The translations under genes and the position numbers were made by a program. 64,000 bases of DNA, from NCBI RefSeq assembly GCF_006345805.1, contig NC_043014.1:28830001-28894000 (forward strand), given 5' to 3'. Origin of the DNA: Octopus sinensis (taxonomy: Eukaryota). Shown here piece by piece: positions 37,000 to 49,515 of the stretch. Numbering within the stretch: the first letter of the stretch is position 1; the number at the start of each line of letters is the position of its first letter. The notes beneath the pieces are model-generated. The model made no database searches and was not told where the DNA came from. It saw only the letters and a program-made list of their open reading frames with translations.

Positions 37000-39350
37000 C
37001 AATAAGCTCTAAATCACTTAAACTTGTTACACTTTAGTCTTCAGTGCTATCCTGCCTAATGATTGCAATGGATGTTGTTTTGGTCTTGGCAGTAAGTCTC
37101 ATCGACGGATACAAAATGTTATTTTTCAGTTAGTTGCTTATGACATAAGTTACATCTTCAATTTTACACAGTGTACGTGTTTGTCACGTGTGAGTGTTTA
37201 ACCTGCTTCATTATCCTGTTTGTGCAGTAGTTATTTAATTATTTCCTGTTCTTAGACTGCAAAAACAAACCCTTAAGAGTTATAATCCATATTCGGGTAT
37301 GGGATTCACGACAGACTACTTTGCTTATCTCTGTTACTGTCACTCCGAAGCTTTACTACAACATAGACAAGCATAACTTTCTGCTGATAAACAAAATGCC
37401 TTTCATGTTAGATTTGTTGCAGTAGCGTCGTGCGATGTGATTGGGAATATGTGCACTGTTATCAGCGAGAGAGTACTTTCTGCAAAACCGCTTTCCAATT
37501 CTCATCATATTATCTGCCACATATAAGTTGATTTGATCCATGGATGTATTTAGACATTTAATGCTTAGTAGATGTTGTCAAAAATATATGAGGCAACATT
37601 CAAAGTTTGTTAAATTCGGTTTCCTTCTTTTCGTTTTATGTAGAGTTTGTCCATTTTAATATTGATGTGAACATTTCTGATAGTGGTTAATAATTGCAGA
37701 ATTTAACATCAAAGCGTCCAATCGAGCACTACAAATGATGTTATTAGAACTGGTACAACAAACAAATTATGGATCACTGATTTAGTTATGCATCGTGCTT
37801 TGAGGACATATTTATAATAACCAGGTGATATATTCTCTGTTCACGAATACTTTGATACAGATTTCATCGAAGGATATATTTACATTAAACTTTAAATCAT
37901 TCCTCATCAGATATCAGACTATTGACAGTAATATCGCTTTGACCTGCTTGTTGTTTTCGCAGGGTTTGCTATCATTTAGGACCGTTTATCTTTTCAATCA
38001 ACACACATTTATCTATTAGAAATGTAACTAAGCCAAAACCCTTCACCACACCATTCATATTCTTGGTATATACTTTCAGGTCGTTTATTAAGAAACTAAG
38101 AGTAGAGTTGATGCTATTTGTCTTCCTGTAAGCAAATTCAGTATTCTTTAGACTAGTTTTCTTTAAGAAAAGAACAATAGGCTCGCTACAAGTTTAAGTC
38201 GCTCACACACAAAAAAGTAACAGCCGTTCTGGAATATATCCTCTGAATGAAATTGTAGCAATTTAATATGTTGTGTTTAACTTCAAAATACAGGCCTGGA
38301 ACAAAGCTAGGCTATCTGTGGTCTTGATTATGATCGCTGGAACTATAACTGGCATCCACGGCTGGAAAAAAAAAGCAAATGATTATGTGTAACCTATGTA
38401 GAATTCAACCAAATTTCTCATATGCTCTCACAACCCTAACATGACAGTTTTGCCTTTGCCTTGTTCCAAAACTTGAAATAGTGAACCTTTTGGAAATGAA
38501 ACTTGAACCGATGTGGGGTTTTTTTCAGATTTTCGAAGTTCTATTGATAGATTGTAATTTATTAGCTTGTGAAGCTCAACCAAATTTCTCATATGCTCTC
38601 ACAACCCTAACATGACAGTTTTGTTGAAGTTCCTCACATAGCACTAAACTCTTCACAACTGTTTGTTGTGTAAAGGAACTCTGAAGAAGTAAGTTCACAT
38701 AGGCTGTATGCAACTTATGTACTAAATTTTGGCTTGCGATTGGTCGACATTTTTCAGTATACTTATATCTTCGTAGCCTCTATGTAAGGTTGATGTTTTG
38801 TTTCAAAAATTGGCAATCAAGTCTCTTCTTGATGTTTTGCTATCTCGAAGTATTTCTATCACAGTCTCAAGGATATTACCATTGATACAGTGTACTTTTC
38901 GCTTCATGTAAGAACAATATTTCCTCCTGAGTTCTTGCAGCCACACTGCATCCAAGTTAAATTCCTTTTTCTTCGCTTTACATTCAACCTGTATTTTTTG
39001 AGAAAAGGTCACTCTGACCCTTTCTTTGACTGTTCTTATACCTCTGCCAGCTGCTGATTGATTTCGACTAAATTTCTTCTTTATTTTTCTTTCAGTTACT
39101 CTTTTCTGATGTCGGAGTCTTGTTGACAGCTATTCACTTGTTCATTTTCAGACATTGTTTCTAGTTTTCAATCCCTGTTAGTGAGAAGTGTAGTAATTTC
39201 TCGTTTGCATGAGATAAATATTTTCACCCATCGCATTGCCTTCCGTAAATCAACGATAGTTTTTCTTTTTCCCAACGACGAGAATTGTTTTTCCAATGTT
39301 TTGCCTTCGCTTACTGTTTTAATGCCATCAAGATCAGTGACAAGAGTGTG
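37000..39350 (-). mobile_element. Possible very old LINE (CR1/L2-like) relic
   Basis: Fragmentary minus-strand motifs in plausible ORF2 order (L..L.RK....., D.LIANF, EF.YRK..S....L..LIND, CPQST); clade uncertain. Confidence 0.35.
38405..38623. repeat. 48-bp direct repeat bracketing a 128-bp exact copy of 36612-36739
   Basis: 38405-38452 equals 38576-38623; 38451-38578 equals 36612-36739 (read by eye, no mismatch seen). Confidence 0.92.
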
Positions 39351-40122
39351 GTATGCGGATTGCACATGACTGCCACATAGCGGCAGGGCAGAAACAAATA
39401 TATATTAAAGGTGCGTTGCGGGTAAGGAAGAAACAGCCAATTTAGCTACTGCCCAGGACGGCCGAAACTCAGTCAACACTCACTTTTCCTGAGAGTGTTT
39501 AGCAACAGTGGAGAGCACATAAAAACTAGCATTTATTTGTCAAAAGAAAAGGATATTATTCTGCATCAAATATTTCCTCCCTGTAATATTTATTGTTGTC
39601 AACATCTCTCAATAGGTCTCTTATTAGTACTAGTAAATATTTATGCGCATGTGTGCGCGCGTGCGTTTACGTGTGTGTGTGCGCGTGTGCGTATACATAA
39701 ATATTCCAGCTATAACGGTCCATGAAGAATTGAGACACATCAAGACACCAGAAATTGGCTGCGTATAATCACATAAAGCTGACAGTGAAATAATACAGCA
39801 TTGTAGACATCAAATATTGACAGGATACTTGATGTAAATACCAAATCTAATTAATAGCCAATGACCCGACTTACCGGCGGATTCTTGGTGCTGCGTAAGT
39901 ATCAAATAGCATCACACGAACGACGTCTAAATTTGCAATTAAGCCGCATTCTTGTGTTACTATTATATATTGTTGCGACCGATGTAGCATCGATCTCTCA
40001 CGGCAGGGAAGAAGCAAATATATATTAGAGGTGTGTTACAGATAAGGAAGGGACAGCCAATCTGGCTACTGTACAAGGCGGCAGAAAAGTCTCATTAAAC
40101 AAAGATATATTTATACCACACA

Positions 40123-40159
<37 letters not shown>

Positions 40160-40160
<1 letters not shown>

Positions 40161-40535
40161 ACTCTCTTTACTCTCCTTTACTTGTTTCAGTCATTTGACT
40201 GTGGTCATGCTGGAGCACCGCCTTTATAGTCGAGCAAATCGATCCCAGAGCTTATTCGTTGTAAGTCTAGTACTTATTCTATCGGTCTCTTACGGGGACG
40301 TAAACACACCAGCACCGGTTGTCAAGCGATGCTGGGGGCGGACAAACAGACACACAAACGTACACACATATACTTATATATATACATTTCCAGCTACCAA
40401 ATCCACTCACAAGGCGTTGGTCGGCCCAAGGCTATAGTAGAAGACACTTGGGCCAAAATGCCATGCAATGGGACTGAACCCGAGACCATGTGGTTGGTGA
40501 GCAAGCTACTTACCACACAGCCACTCCTGCGCATC
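40160..40535 (-). mobile_element. SINE family A, near full length, small internal deletions
   Basis: Aligns to other A copies. Confidence 0.9.
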
Positions 40536-40566
<31 letters not shown>

Positions 40567-40570
40567 TATT

Positions 40571-40617
<47 letters not shown>

Positions 40618-40808
40618 TGTGTGTGTGTGTGTGTGTGTGTGTATTGTATTTTGAAGAAAAAATTGATTAAAAAACCTTTCTTCTTTTTCTTCGTGAATTT
40701 GTGCGCAAGAATCTTATGGAATGGAGAGATGAGTTATATTAAATCTCTGAGCGAGATATAAACAGTAACAGTACGGAATCGTAAAATATATCTACCAACT
40801 AAATGTCC

Positions 40809-41071
40809 TAAAAAGGACGGTGTTACTGATGATTTTAGCCCCATGAAGACATCTCCTCCAGCTGGCCAAAGACACGCAGTATGTGTCCAATTAGTATTTG
40901 CAAGGGAGATCATCGCTCTCATCTCTAGCCTTACGTGATACACACAGAACCATAGAGATGGGAGCTATTACCTCCCTCACAAATACTAATCGGACATAGA
41001 GTGTGTGTCGTTGGCTAGCTAAAGGAGATGTCTTCCTAGGGCTAAAAACATCAGTAACCCCGTCCTTTATA
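40809..41071. mobile_element. Palindromic MITE-like element (119-bp arms, 25-bp loop, TA ends)
   Basis: 40809-40927 versus the reverse complement of 40953-41071 aligns ungapped, about 20 mismatches by hand count. Confidence 0.85.
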
Positions 41072-41719
41072 GGACCGTCACAGTCAGCTGGCAAATAAAT
41101 CTTATAGAAAATTACCATTTAATAAGTGCTTACTATAATATCGTGTTAATATATGAGCCTGCATCTTTTTATAATCGTTGAAAGTCTTGTATATCATCAT
41201 GTGAGATTATTCCGATAGCAGTTTAAGAAATGCTCTTTTTCTTCACCTAATTTGAAGAGTGCCACAATAATGTCAGAGTGTGTATAGAATTTAAAGTTCT
41301 ACTCTTCATAAAACGATATTGTTATTGCGTGGATCAACTATGATAGAGCAAACATACGGTCAAAGCCATACCAGACGTGATCATCTCACATTTTGGTGAT
41401 TATCTAGGAATACTTTATCTAATATTTTTGCGCTTCCTTAAAGTTGTAGGAACAGAATTCAGGGATATTTGGTACTATTTCTAACAAGTTGAGCTTCCAT
41501 GTAGATGCTCTATTGCACCAGGATAGCTCAGAGAGATAGACTGTACCTCATGCATGTTAAGGTATTAACTATATTTTAATGCAATACTATGTATAATTTT
41601 TCTTTATATCTCACGATGCTAGATTTTCTTCGCATTTCTTCTAGATAGTCGTGAGTTCTTTCTCAACCGAGCACGTTTGAGATTTCTATCGGAGTCTATT
41701 TTGTATTCAACTTTGTTAT

Positions 41720-41819
41720 NNNNNNNNNNNNNNNNNNNNNNNNNNNNNNNNNNNNNNNNNNNNNNNNNNNNNNNNNNNNNNNNNNNNNNNNNNNNNNNNN
41801 NNNNNNNNNNNNNNNNNNN
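41720..41819. other. Assembly gap (100 N)
   Basis: Run of N. Confidence 1.
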
Positions 41820-42017
41820 GCTGTGGAAATGAGTTGCGACGTCACAGGTGCCAAGCTGTATCGGCCTTTGCCTTTCCCTTGGATAACACTGGTGGAGGGG
41901 AGGCTGGTATGAATGGATGACTGCTGGTTTTCCTATAAACAACCTTGCCCGGACTTGTGCCTGGGAGGATTACTTTCTAGATGCAATCCCATGGTCAGTC
42001 ATGACCGAAGGGGGTCT
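41820..42017 (+). mobile_element. SINE family E 3' module (5' part lost in the gap)
   Basis: AAATGAGTTGCGACGTCAC.GGTGCCAAGCTGTATCGG...CATGACCGAAGGGGG; reverse complement at 35883-36077. Confidence 0.8.
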
Positions 42018-42134
42018 CAGCATTAGCCTGTTATTCAAACATATGCCACTGGTCACTTTGAGTTATTTCTCTTAGTACATTTTTGTTGATACACACACAC
42101 ACACACAACACACACACACATATATATATATATA

Positions 42135-42385
42135 GACGCAGGCGTGACTGTGTGATAACAAGCTTGCTTCCCAACCATATATTTCTGGGTTCAGTCTTCT
42201 AAAACAAGTGTCTTCTACTATAGCCTTAGGACAACCAAAGCCTTGTAAGTAGATTTGGTAGACAGAAACTGAAAGAAGCCCGTCGCGTGTATACATATAT
42301 ATATATATGTGTGTGTGTGCTTGTCCCCCACTACCGCCTCGTAACCGGTGTTGGTGTGTCCACGTACCCGTATTCGGCAAAAGGA
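42135..42385 (+). mobile_element. SINE family A, 3'-truncated
   Basis: Head, internal microsatellite and partial 3' half. Confidence 0.8.
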
Positions 42386-43880
42386 TTTTTGAGCTGGATG
42401 ACATTCTACACAGAGAAATGAAAGTCAAGGTCAGTGAGGCGTATCAAAAAAGGGTGAAGATGGTGTTGAAATGCCATAAATTTGATTACCGCAATAAATA
42501 TCTGAGCAGTTACGGTGGTAAGATATTATGCACCCATCCTCAAATGGACTAAGAAGGAAATATCAACCTTGGGTAGGAGAAAAAAGTTGATGACGCTGCA
42601 TGGAGCGCTACAACCTAAAACAAACGTAAACAGACTGTATATAAAAAGAAAAAGACTGGTAGCAGAGGACTAATTAGTGTAGACCATTGTATAAGGAGTG
42701 AAAGGAGAACGCTTGTCGAGTATTTGATAAATAGTGATGAATATGCTGCAATATGCCGGGATATGCGAACCTGCAGCAATATGCCGAGAAAGATATGGCT
42801 GTAAATGCAGATGAAATGAGGGGCAAGGAAGAGTTTAACCAAAGAACTGAGGAGAAGAGAAAAGAAGACCTTCTTGGAATGAGAATGCATGGACAGTTTG
42901 AAAGGAATACGCAGGATATTAAGGACAATACAGCATCGTGATACATGGCTTGAGCGAGGTGATTTGAAGCATATCACCGAAAGCGTGATTATTGCTGCAT
43001 AAGACCAGGCTCTCGCTACCAAGTCAGTGAAGTATAACATCCATAAAACTTCAGACACCCAGAAATGCATATTCTGTGGAAAAAGCGTAGAAAATGTGAC
43101 TCACTTGATAAATGGATGTAAGAGCCTTGCACAAAAGGAATACAAGCGCCGTCACGATAAAGTGTGCGTATACCTTCATTGGTTCTTATGCCGTAAATAC
43201 CAATATGAAGTAACAGAGAACTGGTATGAGTATGAACCAAGTAAAGTTATGCAGGAGGATGGAAAATGGAAAAGCAACGATACTCTTTGACTATGACTTT
43301 CAGACGAATCGTGTAATCGAACGCCACCGGCCGGATATTGTTATATTGAATAAGAGAAGCAAATACTTATTTCTTTACTGCCCACAAGGGGCTAAACACA
43401 GAGGGGACAAACAAGGACAGACAAACGGATTAAGTTGATTTTATGGACCCCAGTGTTTAACTGGTACTTATTTAATCGACCCCGAAAGGATGAAAGGCAA
43501 AGTCGACCTCGGCGGAATTTGAACTCAGAACGTAACGGCAGACGAAATACGGCTACGCATTTCGCCCGGCGCGCTAACGTTTCTGCCAGCTCGCCGCCTT
43601 ATAAGAGAAGCAAATACTATCAGATCACTGAGGTAGCCATACCAAATGACATGAATGTTGTGAGTAAAGAGGTTGAAAAAATCACCAAGTACTCTGAATT
43701 GAAAGTGGAAATGGCAAGACTGCATGGCATGCGTGAGGGTAATGTAAAAGTGATAGCAGTAGTGGGCTCAATCCCATTGAAACTTCAAGACTTCTTCAGG
43801 CAACTGGAAATCCCATGCAAGATTGATGTCTTGCAAAAAGCAGCCTTATTAAGCACAGCGCACATCTTAAGGAAAGACTC
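42385..43880 (+). mobile_element. R4/Dong-like RLE-type non-LTR retrotransposon, decayed C-terminal region
   Basis: EMK.KV..AY.KRV..., RLY.KRK..GRGLISV, MHGQFER, W.WL.RGDLK..TES.IIAA.DQAL.T, CCHC knuckle CIFCGKSVENVTHLINGC (from 43066), RRHDKV, and RPDIV...EVAIP...EKI.KY.EL (PD-(D/E)xK endonuclease); stops and frameshifts present. Confidence 0.9.
43368..43600 (-). mobile_element. SINE family B1, full length, with 18-bp TSD, inside the RLE domain
   Basis: TSD ATAAGAGAAGCAAATACT at 43350-43367 and 43601-43618. Confidence 0.95.
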
Positions 43881-44099
43881 ATTTTCAATTAGTTCAATTT
43901 TTCATCAGACTGACCAGGGAGAGGATTTTTACTTAGTTTTTTTCTTTTATATATTTTTTTTTACTTTTCCATTTCATTTCGTTGTTATATCATTTCTGTT
44001 TTATCATTATTTATTTCTTCTTTTCTTCCGCGTAAACAGCATTCAGTTTATTTTTTATTTTCCTCATATAACTACAAAAAAGTAGTTTTGCTTTCCTGA

Positions 44100-44600
44100 T
44101 ATCTTGTATCACTGACCCTGTCACCTTATATTAAATACATTTGCTTTAAGTATTTTTCGTGGCTTAATACGATTACACTAGCAGACCTATTCTTCTTTTT
44201 ACTGTAGTAGATGTCGTATTTACTTCAGCTTCAGGAGAATAAGTTCAAAATACAGTAAAAAATTTTACAAATTTTTTCTCTCTAGATTCTTCAGTTCATT
44301 TAAGTTTCAATATTAAAGCTGTGATTTATAACTGAGATGCCCTGTGTATTTGTAACTCTAACCTTATTTCTAGCAGGCACATAGTTCGGTTTATATTAGT
44401 TTGACTCTTCTGTAGAACTCTTTATTTAATTTTCTCCTTCTTCTTGTACGCTATATCTTATCAGTTTCATCTACTCCTAAGTGTTTTCTTTTACCCTTTA
44501 ACTAAGTGGTTCTATTTTAATTCTCTGATTTCAGTGACAAAGTCTGAGATTAAATTTTGCACATATGTCTAGTACCATACTCTTTTAGTTATCTTTAAGT
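44100..44600 (-). mobile_element. Second, more decayed R4/Dong-like relic
   Basis: Minus strand LGVDE.DKI, KLNKEFYRRVKLI..EL..NKV..TNT..I.VIN.SFNI, and P.A.VN....R.GL. Confidence 0.55.
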
Positions 44601-45412
44601 ATACATACACATCATTACTAGGTTGCTGGTCTTTTTTTAGCCATAGGTCAGCTCTAGTTCTAACCATGACCATCCCGTCTTTTTTCTTGACGTTGTACAT
44701 CTAAGACTACATCATTCACAGTGCCTTTTTTTTTTTCTAAGATGGCAGAAGGTGGTTTCTAGGAGATTTGGTTACGCTTTCAACTGGCTGAATGTCAGCT
44801 CGGAGATATTTTTGTATGTGTCATGAATTCATAGGATTTCCATTTGAAATGTCTCCTGTACGTAGTTTTAATAATTCGTATGAAGAAGATGGTTTATTGA
44901 TTGCTATTGTTCTTTTTTAGTCTCTAATATAGTCTTATGATCACTCGTTTACCATTCATGAACCCCTTTCTGTATATCTAAGTCGATATTATAGAGTAAA
45001 AATATGCAAATGGGTCCAACGTCGATTTCAGCGACGATTATTTTAGTTATTTGATCAAGTACCAACTCATTGAATTACAGCGTCAAGGTACTGACTGTTC
45101 AACAGGCTCAAAACGGCGCGGTGTGTAGAAAAGCTGATCTTCTGAATATAGACAGAGTCCATTGGACAGGATTCCATGCAAATTCTATCAATAAAATTTC
45201 TCACCCAAATCGACCCAAAGCTATTACAGAAAGAACTTCCCTAGATGCTACGCATCGCGAACGAATGAGTAGGGTGAGATTTAATAGACTTAGTATTTAT
45301 TTCCAGCTGTTCGTCATATTTTGTGTATAGGTGTTTTCGTTGCAGGAGTTATATAAACACGTGTGTGTATGTGCATGTATGTGCGTGCGTATGTGTGTGT
45401 ACATGTGTCTAT

Positions 45413-45617
45413 GTCTCTCTTTTACTTGTTTCATTCATTTGACTGCGGCCATGCTGGAGCACCGCCTTTAGTCGAGCAAATCGACCCCGGGACTTATTCT
45501 TTGTAAGCCCAGTACTTATTCTATCGGTCTCTTTTGCCGAACCGCTAAGTGACGGGGACGTAAACACACCAGCATCGGCTGTCAAGCAATGCTAGGGGGA
45601 CAAACACAGACACACAA

Positions 45618-45650
<33 letters not shown>

Positions 45651-45777
45651 CATATATACGACAGGCTTCTTTCAGTTTCCGTCTACCAAATCCACTCACA
45701 AGGCATTGGCCGGCCCGGGGCTATAGCAGAAGACACTTGCTCAAGATGCCACGCAGTGGGACTGAACCCGGAACTAT
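45413..45777 (-). mobile_element. SINE family A, young subfamily, 5'-truncated
   Basis: Near-identical to 29748-30150. Confidence 0.93.
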
Positions 45778-46084
45778 GTGTGTCTGTGTGTATGCGTATG
45801 TATGTGTTCTAGTGAGAAGACGTTATCTTAAAGGATGCACTTTGGCATTGGCATTAGGTTTTTTAAATGGTCATAAATGATTGTTTTCTTTATAGTCGGC
45901 CTGATTCAGCAAGTCTATCATGATTAGAAAAATAGAAGAATATATTCATATATGCATATTCTACGCTTCATGGAGTCGTAGAGGCGTCGACGTGGCATAT
46001 AGCTTGTCTTGGGTCATTTTAAAAGGTAGCAAAGCCCATTAATCTCCCGGTCCGAACACGAACGGTCTCGCCCAGAATGAATAA

Positions 46085-47096
46085 TCAAACTATGCACTAA
46101 AATATCAACAGAATTTTGCCATTTTATCGCCAGCTTATTTATGCCGGCAGCGAAGAGTTCTGGAGAGTAAGAGATGATGAAATCACGAAATGATGTTTTT
46201 CCATCTTCTTCAGATTTGAAGTTATTTTCCTTGCAAAAAGTTGTCTAATGCCTGGAAAACATGACTGTCAGTTGGTGCAAGGTCTGGTGGAATATGGTGG
46301 ATGACAGAGTACTTCCAAATTTAGTTCCTGTAACTTGAGTAGCGTTCTTTGTGCAACATGTGGTCGAGCATTGTCTTGCAGAGAATTGGCCTGTCTCTAT
46401 TGACCAATGTCGGTTTTTTAATTGCAAGTTCCTTCATCATTTCATCCAACTGGTTGACGTATACATCCGCTATAATTACCAGGTCTCATGAAGTTGTAGT
46501 AGATGACACCAACACTGGACCATCAAAAAGACACCATTAGCTTTTTTTGGTGAATATTCTTTTTGGGGTTTGTGTTTTGGTACTTCATCTCTAACCAACC
46601 ACTATGCAGAACGCTTGTTATTGTTCAAAAGAACCCCTTTTTCATCACCCGTAACAATACAATGCAAAAATAGTTTGCGTTAATGCCGTGATAGCAAAGA
46701 ATAGCAAGTTTCAAGATGTCGTGTCATTTGATGCTCGTTTAGTTCGTGTGGTGCCCACTTATCCAACTTTTTTACCGTGCGGATTTATTTTAGATGGTCT
46801 AATACAGATGGAATCGAAACATCAAACCTTACTACTAACTCACGCGTAGCTTGAGATGTATCTGCTTCCACTACAGTTTCCAGCTCATTGTTATCCTCCT
46901 TGGTCTCTGGTCTACCACGGGGCTGATTTTCAAGAGTAAAGTCACCAGACCGGAAGTTCTCAAAAAATCGACGTACAGTGCACTCATTCACCACATCTTC
47001 ACCGAACACCTCATTGATGTTTCGAGCTGTATGGGATACATTGGTTCTACTATGGAACTCATATTCATAAACAACATGAATTTTTTATCTATCCAT
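46085..47096 (-). mobile_element. Decayed mariner transposase (full span, frameshifted)
   Basis: MD..KI.V.YEYEF....ARNINEVFGEDVVNECTVRRFF..FRSGDF.LEN.PRGRPE; later DNARPHV, PPYSPDL-like and FFAAGINKL..KWQ motifs; TIRs not found. Confidence 0.88.
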
Positions 47097-47652
47097 GGCT
47101 TCACAAAAAATTATTTATAAAAGAAAACTGACAATATAATCAAATACCATGAATGGATTTCGGAAAGTGATGATGTAACTCTTCAATGTTGTAAAATAAA
47201 GTATTGTCAGGATAAAACATTAGAGTTGGCGACTATCAAACCTGGTGCATAAGAACGTCGGACATTTAATTTATATATATATATATATATATATATAGGC
47301 TCTTGTGTGTGCATATATACATTAGTATGTGTGTATACGGATATGATATAATTTTGTGGAGGTGAGAGAGGGTTCGTTTATATCCCTTTAACTTTTCGGT
47401 TCGGCTAAAGAGACAAAAGTACCAGGGTCGATTCGTTCGACTAAAACTCCTCAAAGGTGGTGCACAGAATGGTTGCAAGTCCAATGTCTGAAACAAGTAA
47501 ATGGTACTACAAATTTCCCTTTTGCGTAACTTGGGACATGTTTCAAAAATATGGACACTCCCCCCACCTCAATTTTCAGCTGAAAAATAAGAAAGAATAT
47601 AGTTTATGAAGATTCTTATTTGATGTAGGAGCTTATTAATGTATCCCTATTT

Positions 47653-47865
47653 TAAAGGCGCCGAGCTGGCAGAATCGTCAGAAAACCTTGCAAAATGCTT
47701 AGTGGCATTTTGTCCATTTTTATGTTCTGTGTTCAAATTCCACCGAGGTCGACTTTGCCTTTCATCCAAATGGGGTCGATAAAATAAGTACCAGCTGAAT
47801 ACTGGAGTCGCTGTAATTTACTTATGTCCCTCCCCTGATATTGCTGGTCTTGTGAGATATAAATC
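47653..47865 (+). mobile_element. SINE family B, tail B2
   Basis: AAAGGCGCCGAGCTGGCAG head and B core. Confidence 0.85.
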
Positions 47866-47973
47866 TTTATTTCGTATCATCTTATATCCTAATATCAATC
47901 CCTATCTCGTATCATACATTGACATTTTATTATTTAACAAGCATTATGTGGATGTGTGGATGTATGTGTGGTA

Positions 47974-48075
<102 letters not shown>

Positions 48076-48674
48076 CACTTATACTCTTACGTTTAAATGC
48101 TGCCTTTACCGATTGCGTTTTAGAGAGTTGTATGCACAGCTTCTTTGATTTCTAGAGTTTTGATTGTTGCTTATTGCCCATAATAGAAATTTCATCCAAA
48201 AGTAGTAAATATACAATTTCTCGTTTCACGCCATGCCTGGCCATTCTTGACTTTTAATGTTTCACCTTTGATCAGTAGTATTCCATATTGTTCTGACCTT
48301 TACCGATTGCTTAGTTTGTCTTTTGCTAGAACTTACACAAATGCATGTCATGTTAGGAATGAAATTCTATAATTCATTGAATTCTTCAATAGGTTATATT
48401 TTGTTTTAGAAATCTGTGGAGAGAATGTTGCTTGTATTGTATTTTTCTTGGGTTCTTTGCACTACGATAAACTGATTTGCAATGTTCGTTTTTCCCTCCC
48501 GCCCTCATTTCTCCCCCCCCCCTTTTCCTTTCCGTTTCCCCTCACGTTGTTTTCTCACAGATTAAGAGAAGTATATTTGTCAGGAATTTTTGTGTAGAAT
48601 TTTTGATATTTTTTCTATATTGTTTGTATTTGATCTGTCCTGCTGGACATCTAATCATCATCTGTTTACATCTA

Positions 48675-48887
48675 TACAGGTGCAGGCCTGGCTGTGTTGT
48701 AAGACGTTTGCATCCCAACGGCATGGTTCCAAGTTCAGTCCCACTGCATGACACATTGGCTTAGTATCTTCCACTAATAGCTCCACGCTGATCGAAGCTT
48801 TGAAAATGCATTTGCTAGACGGAAACTAAAAGAAGCCCGTCCTATATATATGTATACACACGCACATACACACACTCACATATATAT

Positions 48888-48944
<57 letters not shown>

Positions 48945-49515
48945 CAGTGAAAGTATATGAGCATGTATGTGCCTGTGTGTGTTTACTTATCTATCTAGCT
49001 AGCTAGTTATTTACCCGCAAAAGAAATTGATAGAATAGGTGCTAAGCTTTAGAAAAAAGTACTGACGTCGAATCGTTCGAATAAAACCTTTAAAGTCGGT
49101 ACCCCAGTATGGCTGCTGGATGGAAGCACTCCGTCAGTTACGACGACGAGGGTTCCGGTTGATCCGAATCAACGGAACAGCCTGCTCGTGAAATTAACGT
49201 GTAAGTGGCTGAGCACTCCACAGACACGTGTACCCTTAACGTAGTTCTCGGGGATATTCAGCGTGACACAGAGAGTGACAAGGCCGGCCCTTTGAAATAC
49301 CGGTACAACAGAAACAGGAAGTAAGAGTGAGAGAAAGTTGTGGTGAAAGAGTACAGTAGGGATCACCACCATCCCCTGCCGGAGCCTCGTGGAGCTTTAG
49401 GTGTTTTCGCTCAATAAACACTCACAACGCCCGCGAGTCCGCTGCCCTAACTACTGGGCCATTGCGCCTCCACATGTATGGCTGCTATTCGATGACTGAA
49501 ACAAGTAAAAGATGA
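48675..49515 (+). mobile_element. SINE family A interrupted in its 3' end by a family C copy
   Basis: Head at 48675-48845, 3' half at 49010-49117, resuming at 49476-49515 (GACTGAAACAAGTAAAAGA). Confidence 0.8.
49118..49475 (-). mobile_element. SINE family C with native 3' module, 11-bp TSD, B box deleted
   Basis: TSD GTATGGCTGCT at 49107-49117 and 49476-49486; head GGAGGCGCAATGGCCCAGTAG; segment containing GGTTTCGATTCCC is missing. Confidence 0.9.

Noticed and set aside
39875-39926. 52-nt minus-strand micro-exon candidate (VVRVMLFDTYAAPRIR, strong GTAAGT donor)
   Set aside because: Poor acceptor and no homology I can name; needs RNA-seq.
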